Part shown: piece after piece, positions 31,396-42,882 of the stretch
Position numbering within the stretch: position 1 is the first letter of the stretch
Layout of the letters: each line of letters starts with the position of its first letter
Assembly: GCA_038087875.1 (NCBI GenBank)
Contig: JAXLNO010000051.1
Location: 124,001-188,000, forward strand
DNA length: 64,000 nucleotides
Direction of reading: 5' to 3'
DNA from: Malacoraja senta
Taxonomy: Eukaryota
The notes under the pieces: generated by a model
What the model was told of the DNA's origin: nothing
The model's input: the letters and a program-made list of their open reading frames with translations, nothing else
Database searches by the model: none
Made by a program: the position numbers and the translations under genes

Positions 31396-33280
31396 AAGGG
31401 TCTTGTCTGTCGGCGCCACGTCTGGGTATCATCTGGCCAGCCTTGCTTAATGACAGAAGTTAGCGACCGTAGGGTCTTGTCGCTGGTAGTCTGGGCAACC
31501 AGGTCCTCCATCCAAGATGAAGGGATGAAGGATACAGTCATCACGATAAAGTCATCATCCTGCAAGGGCAGATCCTCGCAGTCGGCCGAGATGCATGTGA
31601 AAGAGTGTCCGCCAGGTGCATATCCATTCCACGTTTGTAGGCAGGACGATGTCATATTTTTGAAGTGTTGTAACATCCGTTGTGGGCGCGCTGGAGAGTT
31701 ATGAATAGGTTTATTGAAAATGCTGATAAGAGGTTGGTGGTCGGTTTTAATTGTAATAGCGACCAACGATGAAATCGTTGAACATTTTGCAGGCGAACAC
31801 AACCGCAAACAGCTCTTTTTCGATTTGGGCGAATCGTTGTTCTGTGTCAGACATGGTGGCGCGAGGCATAGGGGACAGGTTTATTGCCATGGCCATCATT
31901 CTGAAGGTATGCAGCGCGTTAGCCCATGTTGCGAGGCAGCACATGGCACATGGCAGTGATAGGCAGTCTAGGATCAAAGTACGCTAGAGTAGGGGTGGCC
32001 GACATTCTGCCGTTTAAGAGTGTCAAATGCTGTCTGTTGTTGCTTATGCCAGGTCTAAGCAGAGTTTTTGTGTGAGATGGCGCAATGGGGCTGATATTTC
32101 GCTGAAATCTGGAATGAATTATCTCAAATAGTTAGCCATGCCAAGGGACCTCTGTAAACTGAGCACATCTGTGTGTGCTGAAACTCATTAATAGCACTGG
32201 TTTTCGCTGGATCCGTTTTTAGGCCGTTTTGGGTAAATATATGGCTAAGTATTTTACCTTATTCACTCTGAATTTGCATTTATTTAGGATTTAGCTTGAG
32301 ATGGATGGCCTCTGCACGCCTCAATACTTTTGTCAGATTGGCATCGTGCTACATGACCGTTTTCCCAGCAATGAGGATATCGTCCACTACGATAGAGCAT
32401 GGGTATATCCTACAAACAATTGTTCCATGGATTGTTGAAATACTTCACTGGCAGAACTTATACCAAAAGGCATCATCAGAAATTTATGACGTCCGAACGG
32501 AGTACTGAAATTTGTCAACTTGGAGGAGTTATGTTCCAGTGGAATCTGCCAGAATGAGCTCTTGGCATCTTGCACTGTGAATATAGTTGCTTCAGCCATC
32601 TGCGCCGCAATCTCGTCCACAGAGCACATAGGATAACGCGGCTGGTTAATTTCTGTATTAGGTCCTTGGAGTTGATACAGATCCGTATCTCATCTCTGTT
32701 ATTCTTAGAAGCGACAACCATTGTGGAGTCCCAGTTCGAGGGGTCAGTTACGGGAGTAATCACACCCAGAGTCACCATTCTGATAAGTTCACTTTGAACG
32801 CGATCCCGCATAGCGTGGGGAATCTTGTGAGCCGGACGAACAAATGGGATTGCCTCAGGGTCAATAGTAATCGTGTATCTAACAGGCAACTTGCCCAGCT
32901 TATCATTAAACAAATCCTTGTATTGTGTTAGAATTTGATGTGTAAAATCATAGTCTGTAGAGAGTAGACAGACAGAAGGGCTGAAAGAAACCATCTCATG
33001 TCTAGGCATGCATCGGCACCCAGTATGGATGGAACCTTCTCGCGTACCACGTAGAAATCCAGGATGTGGTCACGTGAGTTGTGACAGCAACATCACTCTA
33101 CTTTGCCGATAGGGTGTAGTCCAGAACCATCAAATGAGACAAGTGATGCAGTTGTATGAGTTAAAGATTCTGTGTTTTTCAGCATCTGGAAGACAGCCAA
33201 AGAGGAATGCAGCACGCCGCGGATAACTGAAAAGCTATTGGGCGTAACTACAGATGCATGACTCATAACATGAGTCACTA
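31396..33280 (-). pseudogene. Ty3/Gypsy pol relic (protease region, RT, RNase H)
   Basis: Reads RPAHKIPHAMRDRVQSELIRMV..GVITPV, DAKSSFWQIPL...FSTPFGR..F..MPFGISSASEVFQ, TEQRFAQIEKELFAVVFAC, TDHQPLISI. Confidence 0.88.
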
Positions 33281-34701
33281 ATCTACAGGGAGAGGGAAAT
33301 AAAGAGAGAGAGAGAGAAGGAGAGGGAGAGGGAGAGTGAGACGGACAGAGATAGAGAGAGGGACCGGCAGAAGAGGGAAAGGGAGGAGAGAGAGAGAGGC
33401 GTAGAAGGGGAGGGGGCGAGTGAGACGAGGAGGGGTAGAAAGAGACGCTGAGGGAGAGGAACGGGGGAGAGATCGAGAGGGTAAGAGAGAATAAGACGGG
33501 GAGGGAGAGATAGAGAGAGACAGGTAGAGAAGGGAGAGAGACATGTAGAGGAAGGTAGAGAGAGAGACGGGGAGGGAAAGAGAGAGACGCGGAGGAAGGG
33601 AGAGAGAGACGTGGAGAGAGAGAGAGAGACGTGGAGGGCGAGGGGGAGACGGGGAGGGAGAGAGAGAGATGTGGAGGTGAGGGAGGAAGAGGTGTGGGAG
33701 AGAGCGGGGCAGGGAAGGGACGGGAGAGAGCGACGGGTAGGGTAAGAGAAAGAGATGGAGAGGGAGGGGGAGAGAGAGGGACTGGAACAGAGAGAGAGAT
33801 GGAGAGAGAGTGTGTGAGAGAGAGAGAGAGCGAGAGACAGAGAGAGACTGGGAGGAGTTAAAATGACGTTAAAAGGTCATTTGGGCCAGATACATTTGGC
33901 CAGACATTTTGATAGGTACATGGATAGGAGAGTTTTAAAGGTTAAAGGTATAATTACAGGTGCCCTCCCCTAATTCTCTCATTTACAGGTGCCCTCCCTT
34001 AAATCCAAGTGGTAGTTGCTGCCTCACAGCGCCAGATACCCGATGGGGAGAGAGATAGGGAGAGATGACCGCTATTTTAAGAGCCAAATCTAGCTTTCTC
34101 ATGAAAGCATCCAGAGAATCTGCCTCCACCGCCTCTGAGGCAAAGAATTACACACTCACCACTGTGAGAAAAGGTGTTTCATCGTTTCTGTTCTAAATGG
34201 CTTACTCCTTATTATTACGTGGAGGGAGAGAGACAGATAGAGGGAGAGAGAGAGATAGAGGGTGAGGGGGGATGGAGAGCGACGGGGAGGGGAGAGGGAG
34301 AGAGAAATTTAAGAGTGACGGGGGTGGCGTGGGACAGAGAGGGGGAGGGAGGAAGAGAGGGAGTCGGGGAGGGGAAGGATAGAGACGGGTAGGGGAAAGC
34401 AAAAGTGACGGGCTGGGTGAGAGCTGGAGATGGAGGAAGAGAGAACGAGGAGGGACATCAATGAAACAATGTTTAAGTGTCATTTGGCCAGATACATTTA
34501 GCCAGACATTTAGGTACATCGATAGGACAGGTTTAAAGGTATAATTACAGGTGCACTCCCCTAATTCCATCATTTACAGGTGCACTCCCTTAAATCCGTG
34601 GCAGATTTGCCAGACCCGATGGGGAGAGAGATGGGGAGAGAGGGAGAGAGAGAGAGGGAGGGAGAGAGAGAGAGAGTGCACGCTAGAGAGAGAGAGAGAG
34701 G

Positions 34702-34775
<74 letters not shown>

Positions 34776-34849
34776 GAGAGAGGGGGGGAGAGAGAGGGGG
34801 AGGAGAGAGAGACGGGAAGGGACTGTGAGGGGAGGGAGAGGGGTGGGCT

Positions 34850-34945
34850 GACGTCTGAAGAGGGTCTCGACCCGAAACGTCCCATTTTCTCTCCAGAGAT
34901 GCTGCCTGTCCCGTTGAGTTGTTCCATCATTTTGTTTCTCTATGT
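34850..34945 (+). ncRNA. Minimal hammerhead-ribozyme motif within a Penelope-type repeat
   Basis: CTGAAGA (34855-34861) - GGGT CTCG ACCC (stem II) - GAAACGTC (core plus palindromic stem III, GUC cleavage triplet). Stem I is weak in this copy. Confidence 0.6.
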
Positions 34946-35002
34946 TAAGCCAGGTTTTGTCGTGGCCAAGTTAAGAATTTTTTTGCTCATCATATGATGA
35001 GC

Positions 35003-35202
35003 NNNNNNNNNNNNNNNNNNNNNNNNNNNNNNNNNNNNNNNNNNNNNNNNNNNNNNNNNNNNNNNNNNNNNNNNNNNNNNNNNNNNNNNNNNNNNNNNNN
35101 NNNNNNNNNNNNNNNNNNNNNNNNNNNNNNNNNNNNNNNNNNNNNNNNNNNNNNNNNNNNNNNNNNNNNNNNNNNNNNNNNNNNNNNNNNNNNNNNNNNN
35201 NN
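35003..35202. other. Assembly gap (200 N)
   Basis: Run of 200 N. Confidence 1.
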
Positions 35203-35849
35203 GAGAGAGGTCTAGAGATGGAAACGGAGAGATGGAGAGACGGGAGAGAGAGAGGTGCCAAAGATGGAGACGGAGGGAATGAGAGACTGGAGAGTGAGAG
35301 GGGGAACTAGAGAGAGACGGGGAGAGAGAGACTGGGAGGGGGAGAGAGAGACATGAATGGGGCGAGCGAGAGAAGAGGAGAGGGAGAGACGGGGAAGAGA
35401 GGAGAGAGAGAGAGAGATGGGGAGGAAGGGAGAGACGGGAGAGAGAGCGAGTAAGAAACGGGGAGAGGGAGGGAGAGACGGGGAGGAGGAAGTGGAGGAG
35501 GGGAGAATTATGGGGAGATCGAGAGAGTGACGGAGGGGGGAGAGGGTTGTGGAAGTAATACAACGGAAACAGGCCCTGCGGTCAACATTTACACTTAACC
35601 CATCTGCCCGCGTTTGGCCCATATCCCTCCAAACCTCTGCTATCCATGTACCTGTCCAGACGTTGTGATAATCCATGCCTCAAGAACATCTTCCGGCAGC
35701 TGTTCCATAAAACCCACCATCCTCTGTGTCGAAAAGTTACCCCCTCAGGTTCCTATTCAATCTTTTCCCCTTCACCTTGAATCTATATCCTATGGCTAGG
35801 GAGGGGTGAGGGGGGGTGCACCGTGCCGGCCCGAGGCAGATCGCGGGAA

Positions 35850-35922
35850 AAAGTGCAAACGCTGCACAGACAGCGCCTGAGGTCAGGATCGAACTCGGGT
35901 CTCTGACACTGTGAGGCAGCAA
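35850..35922 (-). mobile_element. tRNA-derived SINE fragment (HE1-like)
   Basis: Minus strand reads ttgctgcctcacagtgtcagagacccgagttcgatcctgacctcaggcgctgtctgtgcagcg, containing a B-box-like GTTCGATCC; related piece at ~34010-34045. Confidence 0.6.
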
Positions 35923-36350
35923 ATGAGAGAATTAGGAGAGGGCACCTGGATATATACCTTTAAACCTGTCTTATCCATGTACCTGTCCAAATGTCACAAA
36001 CGTTGTTTCAATGAGGTCCCCCCTCGTTCTTCTGAACTTCAGTGAGTACAGGCCCAGTACCGACAAAAGCTCATCATATGTTGAGCACAGTTTATTAACC
36101 TGGGCACGACATAACTTAGATTAACATAGACAAACACAATTCTGGCGGAACTCAGCGGGACATGCAGCATTACTGGGGAGATGGAATCGGATATGATTCG
36201 GATCGAGATCGTTCTTCAGAGGAGATCCCATCTCTCACTTCCTCCACTCCCCGTCTCGCTCTCTCCTTCTTCCAGCCCTTCTACTCTCTCCCTCCCCATC
36301 CTCTCTCCACCCCCGTTTCTCTCTCTCTCTCTCTCTTTCTCTCCCACTCT

Positions 36351-36417
<67 letters not shown>

Positions 36418-36449
36418 CCTCTCTCTCTCTCTCTCTCTCTCTGTCTCTG

Positions 36450-36534
<85 letters not shown>

Positions 36535-37790
36535 GTCTCTGTCTCGCCCCCTCTCTCGAAATCCTCTCTCCACTTTCTCCCCCACACTACCCCCTCTCTC
36601 CCCATCTCTCTCTCCACCGGGTCTCTGGGGCTGTGAGACAGCAACTCGGATTTAGGGGATGGCACCTGTAAGTATACCGTTAAACCTGTCCTATCCATGT
36701 ACCTGTCTAAATGTCTGGCCAAATGGCTCTGGCCAAATGGCAAACGTTGTATCAATGAGGTCCCCCTCGTTCTTCTCCGGAGAGAGAGTCAGGGAGAAAG
36801 AAAGGAGAAAGAAGGGGGGCACGGAGAACGAGAGTGGAGTGACTGGATGGAAGAGAGAGCAACGCGGAGGGAGAGAGACTGGGTAAGAGGGAGAGGGGCA
36901 GCGGGTCAAGACTGACGTCTGTTTCATTGTCAAATATCCCAGACACAATAACGACATCCAAACTAGCAGCAGCACGAAACAGTGTGTAAATTTAGAGGGG
37001 AGGAAGAGGAGGGCGGGAGAGAGGTAGGGAGGAGGGGAGGCAGGGGAGTGGGTGGGACGTTCGGGTCCGGGTCCCTGTTTCCCTCGCCCCTCCATCTCTC
37101 CCCCTTTCCGTATATCTCCCCCGTCTCTGTCAGTCTCTCTTTCTCCTCCCCGTCTCTTCCTCTCTCTGGTCACCTACCCGTTGCATCTCTTTCTCTCCTT
37201 CCCTCCTCGTCCTCTCTCCTCCCCGTCCTCTCTCTCTCCTCTCCGCCCCTCCCCATATCTCTCCCCTCCCCATCTCTCTCTCCTCCCTATCTCACTCTCG
37301 CTCGCGCTCTCTCTCCCACTCTCTCTGTCTCTCTCGCTCTCCCTCTCTCTATCTCTCCCCACTATCTTCCCCACTCTACCCCCTCTCTCCCCATCTCACT
37401 CTCCATCTGTCTCCCCATCGGGTCTGGCAAATCTGCCACGGATTTAAGGGAGTGCACCTGTAAATGATGGAATTAGGGGAGGGCACCTGTAATTATACCT
37501 TTAAACCTGTCCTATCCATGTACATAAATGTCTGGCTAAATGTATCAGGCCAAATGGCACTTAAACGTTGTTTCATTGATGTCCCTCCTCGTTCTCTCTT
37601 CCTCCATCTCCAGCTCTCTCCCACCCCTTCGTCACTTTTGCATTCCCCTACCCGTCTCTATCCCTACCCCACCCCGACTCTCTCCCTCCCTCCCTCCCTC
37701 CCCCCTCTCTCTCCCTCGCCACGCCGTCACTCTTACTTTCTCTTTACCTCTCCCCTTCCCGTCGCTCTCTACCCCCCTCACCCTCTATCA

Positions 37791-39916
37791 CCAACGCTCC
37801 AGCGAAAACCAGTGCAATTAATGAGCTTCCAGCACCCACAGATGTCTTCAGTTTACAGAGGTCCCTTGGTATGGCTAACTATTTGAGCAAATACATTCCA
37901 GATTTCAGCGAAATATCAGCCCCATTGCGCCATCTCACACACACCGAATCTGCTTAGACCTGGCATGAGCAATAACAGACAGCATTTGACACTGTTAAAC
38001 GGCAGATGTCGGCCTCCCCTACTCTAGCGGACTTTTATCCTAGACTGTCTATTACTGCCATATGCCATGTGCCGCCTCACAACACGGGCTACGCGCTGCA
38101 TGCCTTCAGAATGATGGCCATGGCAATAAACCTTTCGCCTTGGCCTCGCGAACCATGTCTGACACAGAACAACGATTCGCCCAAATCGAAGAACAGCTGT
38201 TTGCGGTTGTGTTCGCCTGCAAAAAGTTCAACGATTTCATCTTTGGTCGCACTATTACAATTAAAAACGTCCACCAACCTCTTATCAGCATTTTCAATCA
38301 ACCTATTCATAACCCTCCAGCGCGCCCACAACGGATGTTACTCCAACTTCAAAAATATGACATCGTCCTGACCTACAAACGTGGAATGGATATGTACCTG
38401 GCGGACACTCTTTCACATGCATCTCGGACGACCTGCCAGGATCTGCCCTCGCAGGATGATGACTTTATCGTGATGACTGTATCGTTCATCCCTTCATCTT
38501 GGATGGAGGACCTGGTTCCCCAGACGTGGCGCCAACAACAAGACCCTATGGTCGCTAACTTCTGTCATTAAGCAAGGCTGGCCAGATGATACCCAGACGT
38601 GGCGCCGACAGACAGGAAACCGAAGCAAAGAAGTCTAGGCCAAAGAACCGAATGGAAACGAGGCCGAAACGCCAATAAACCGAAAGAGTCCGAAGACGAA
38701 ACGCCTACTAAGCGAAAGGACGGGACGCCTAAGTGCAAACGAACCGAAAGGGCGGGACGCCTAAAAGCCAACGTACCGAAAAGCTGCGACGCCGAAAAGC
38801 AAACTTATCGAATGACAGTTTTGTCAAAACGCCACCTACCCGAAATGCGGCGCCGCCAACAAGCCTAAGGACCGACTGCCGCTCAACAGAAAAGTCCAAT
38901 AACGGACATGACGTTGCCGGGGGCGGGACTTGTCAGCGATTTGTCCAGACCCCCGCGTCCATCACATCACTGTGAAGGCATGAACATAGTCCCAAACCTC
39001 CGCACCACCCGACCCGCAGCCGACGGAGGGTGGCCGTGGGAGAGTGGCGGCTGTTCCGAGGAATGCACACATTCGGCCGCTTTCTACTTGGTGCTTGGGT
39101 TCAGATTGCCCAGTCACCTATGGCTTGTGTGGGAAAATGAACCCCACGCTCCCGTCTCCCCCTTCTCTCTCCCCTCTTCCCTCTTTCTCTTCTCTCTCTC
39201 TCCCTTCTCTTTCTCACTTCTCTCTCCTCCTCCCTCTCCCCTCTTCTCTCTCCTCCTCCACGCTGCCCGTAGCGGAGCAAACATTAACCCCACATGTGTT
39301 TCCGCCAAAGGAGGTTCAATGCAGGTTGCAACAAAAGCGTGACGTTCAAAAGATATGGTTCGACAAGACGAGTAAGCCATTGCCACCATTGACCAAAGGA
39401 CAGGTGGTTCTCTTACAGACTGACAAAGGCCATGATCGTATTGGGGTGGTGTCCGGTCCCGCTTCGGAGCCACGCTGGTACATTGTTAGAGCTGATGGCG
39501 CCACCTACCGACGCAACAGACAACATCTTCTGCCTGTGAACGAGTCATTCACTCCTCCTTATTATCCGAATCGTACAAGTTCATTTTAATCTGCATCTAG
39601 TGACCCCCGCATGCTCTTGCTAGCACAACAATCCATGCCTGCGACAGTTCCTCTGTCTGTTCCATCTTCGCGTGCGCCACATTCTGCTGCGTTTCGAGGG
39701 ACGTTTGTCCAATCCCCCACGGCGGTGACATCGCCTGCTCTTTCCCCAGAGAAAAAAAAATGGAGATGGCCTCTATCGCACACGTCCCGGTCGTGTTTGC
39801 AGGCCGGTCGTGATGTATCCGGACTATGTTTCCCTTTCCACCAGTCTATCATCGGTTGTGATATTTACTTTGCTTAGTTATGGATATACATCGTTATTGA
39901 TTCTTTAAGAGGTGGA
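37791..39916 (+). pseudogene. Gypsy pol relic, inverted paralog of 25991-32200 with the integrase core deleted and no CR1 insertion
   Basis: ORF 38062-38571 (FASRTMSDTEQRFAQIE-like, PARPQRMLLQLQKYD, YLADTLS) and ORF 39044-39589 C-terminus. Confidence 0.86.
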
Positions 39917-40109
39917 TGTAGATTCGTGGCTCATGCTATGTCTTGCATTTGTAGTTACGCCCACTAGCTTGTTAGCGTCGCGGTCTGCTGCCTTCCGTTA
40001 GTCTTAAATTGAACTCCTAAGTGAGAAGTTGTAGTGCTTGTAACCAATAAACTCTATTTAACCAGACATGGTGTAAGGCCATTGTTATTATAAGGACTAC
40101 AAATCAACA
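39917..40109 (+). mobile_element. Gypsy 3' LTR (193 bp), paralog of 25788-25980
   Basis: PPT-like aagaggtgga, then TGTAGA...AATAAA...TCAACA; same satellite flank (atctcgaactcgtt) as the other copy. Confidence 0.82.
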
Positions 40110-40121
40110 ATCTCGAACTCG

Positions 40122-40242
<121 letters not shown>

Positions 40243-40800
40243 TCTCTCTCTCTCTCTCGCACACGTATCGTATTCATTCAACTGGAACTCAAACTCTATC
40301 GTGAACTCTATCTCGAACTCGAACTCTATCTCGAACTTGAACTCGAATTAGAAATCGAACTCGAACTTGAAATCGTATTCTATCTCGAACTTGCGGGCGG
40401 AGCACCAAGGCATATTCCTTGTATGTGAATACTTGACCAATAAACGTATTCATTCATTTATTCATTCAATCAACTCGAACTCGAACTCGATTTCGATCTG
40501 GAACTCGATCTCGAACTTTATATCGAACTCTCTGTCGAACTCTATTTCGAACTCGAGTTGGAGTTCGATTTGCTGGCGGAGCACCAAGGCAAATTCCTTG
40601 TATGAGAATACTTGGCCCATAAATTTATTCAATCATTCATTCATTCATTGAACTCGAACTCGAGCTCGAATTCGAACTCGAACTCGAACTTGAACTCGAA
40701 CTCGAATGCGAATTTGAACTCTAACTGTATCTCGACCTCTCTCTCGAACTCGGACTCTATCTCGAACTCGAACTGACTCGAACTCCAACTCCAATTCGAA

Positions 40801-41975
40801 CTGGTCGTGTTCGAAAAAACCTGTGCGGATCAACTGGCTGGAGTTTTTACGGATATTTTCAACCTCTCACTTCTGAGGTCTGATGTTCCCACCTGCTTCA
40901 AAAGGGCATCAATTATACCGGTGCCCACGATGAGTAAGTGACGTGCCTCAATGACTATCGACCATTCGCACTAACGCCTGTGGTGATGAAGTGCTTTGAG
41001 AGGTTGATCATGGCGCAAATCAACTCCTACCTCGACAAAAACCTGGACCACTTGGACAACAAAAACTCATATGTCAGGCTGTTATTCATTGATTACAGCT
41101 CGGCACCACTGACGACACCACTGTTGTGGGACGTATCACTGATGGGGATGAGTCAGAGTTTAGAAGAGAGATCGGGCAACTGTCCATATGGTGCCAGCAC
41201 AATAACCTGTCCCTCAACACCAGCAAAACCAAGGAACTGATTGTGGACTTTGGAAGGAGTAGGATGGGGACCCACAGGCCCGTTTATATCAACGGGTCGT
41301 TGGATGAAAGGGTCAAGAGCTTCAAATTCCCGGGCGTGCACATCTCTGAAGATATTTCCTGGTCCGAGAACACTGATGCAATTATTAAGAAAGCACATCA
41401 GCGCCTCTACTTCCTGATAAGATTACGGAGGGTCAGTTTGTCAAGGAGGACGCTCTCGAACCTCTACAGGTGCACAGTAGAAAGCATGCTGACCGGTTGC
41501 ATCGTGGCTTAGTTCGGCAACTTGAACGCCCTGGAGAGGAAAATACTACAAAAAGTAGTATACACTGCCCAGTCCATCACCGGCTCTGACCTCCCTTCCA
41601 TCGAGGGGATCTATCGCAGTCGTTGCCTCAAAAAGGCTGGCAATATCATCAATGAACCACACCATCCTGGCCACACACTCATCTCCCTGCTACCTTCAGG
41701 TAGAAGGTACAGGAGCCTGAAGACTGCAATGACCAGGTTCAGGAATAGCTACTTCCCCACAGCCATCAGGCTTTTAAACTTGGCCCGGACAAAACTCTGA
41801 ACATTAATAATCCATTATCTGTTATTTGTACTTTTTACGTAGATAATGGTATATGGACACACTGATCTGTTTTGTAGTCATTGCCTACTATGTTCTGTTG
41901 TGCTGAAGCAAAGCAAGAATGTCATTGTCCTATCAGGGACACATGACAATAAACTCTCTTGATTCTTGATTCTTG
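40801..41975 (+). mobile_element. Rex1/Babar LINE 3' part with internal deletions; tail (CTTGAT)n grading into (CTCGAA)n
   Basis: ORFs 40938-41240 ([28 protein letters not shown]), 41126-41512 and 41522-41800 (HHPGH...LLPSGRRYRS); aataaactctcttgattcttgattcttgaactcgaactcg. Confidence 0.9.
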
Positions 41976-42165
41976 AACTCGAACTCGAACTCGAACGCGA
42001 ACTCGTACTCGAGTTTGAGTTCGCCTTGCGGGCGGAGCACCAAGGCAACTTCCCTGTATGTGAGTACTAGGCCAATAAACGTGTCCATTCATTCATTCGT
42101 TCATTCATTCATTCATTCATTCATTCATTCAATTCGAACTCGAGCTCGAACTTGATCTCGAACGC

Positions 42166-42882
42166 GAGAAAAACTGTTTATGGAAAAACAGGGTGGGTAT
42201 AATTTGAGAGGGGAAAATAATTTTTAAAAACTCAATGGCAGAACAACTCTTAAAATTATGTGCATAGCAATCTGTGGGGTGAATTTGTGGAATGGTCTGG
42301 AACAGGAGATAAAGCTTAGCACAAACATAATTCAGTTTAAAAAGATGTACAAAAACATTTTTTTAAGGATATTGGGATCAGGATAGGTGATTGTGAGTGG
42401 GATATTTGTTATACTGATTGTATGGGGCAGGGTGATTATATGGTGATGGGTTGACTAAGGGGTACTGTATAGTATATGAGGGTTATGGGTTGTATATATG
42501 ACTGAGGGATACTGTGTAGTATATGAGGGTTTTTTCTTTTCTTTTTTCTTTTTTCTCTCTTATTTTGTATGGCTTTGTAAATATTTGATTCGTGTATAAA
42601 TGTAATTATTTGGTGTACATATAGCTGCTGGTGTACATATGGTGTACATATAGCTGCTAAATGTGTATAAGATCATTATAAGCAGTTGAATAAGGGGGTG
42701 GGAATTAATAAGCTTTGGCTTCTTCCTGCTACTTTTCGGACACATACGATTTCATTTATTTATAGATATTGTTTATGACTATAAATATTCTTGTTTTGTT
42801 GTTTTGTATGCTGTTTCACACTTGCTTTTTACTCTTTTATTCTGTTCGAAATAAAGAATAAAATAAAATAAAAATAAAATAA
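42166..42882 (+). mobile_element. L2/Crack-like LINE 3' end with (AATAA)n tail
   Basis: Reads YNLRG...RTTLKIMCIAICGVNLWNGLEQEIKLSTNIIQFKKMYK; AT-rich 3' UTR; ends gttcgaaataaagaataaaataaaataaa. Confidence 0.6.

Larger units (their letters stand above)
33281..37790. repeat. GA/TC-rich low-complexity region with repeated CR1-tail/SINE composite fragments, spanning the assembly gap
   Basis: Purine-rich on + up to ~35540 and pyrimidine-rich from ~36230. A recurring block (catttggccagatacattt...ggtacatggataggacaggtttaaaggtataattacaggtgc) lies at ~33880 and ~34480 and, inverted, at ~35940, ~36660 and ~37480. Confidence 0.75.

Noticed and set aside
33278..37886. SL/ER-rich ORFs as genes or exons
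   Set aside because: They are translations of GA/TC microsatellite and low-complexity tracts.
38600..38612. TGGCGCCGA as a tRNA primer-binding site
   Set aside because: It is not adjacent to an LTR end; it lies within pol at an insertion junction and the match is short.
25788..40109. One element bounded by inverted LTRs (DIRS-like or a giant TIR element)
   Set aside because: Both are PPT-preceded 3' LTRs with the same satellite flank and duplicated internal pol, so they reflect a segmental inversion-duplication. No tyrosine recombinase or transposase is seen.
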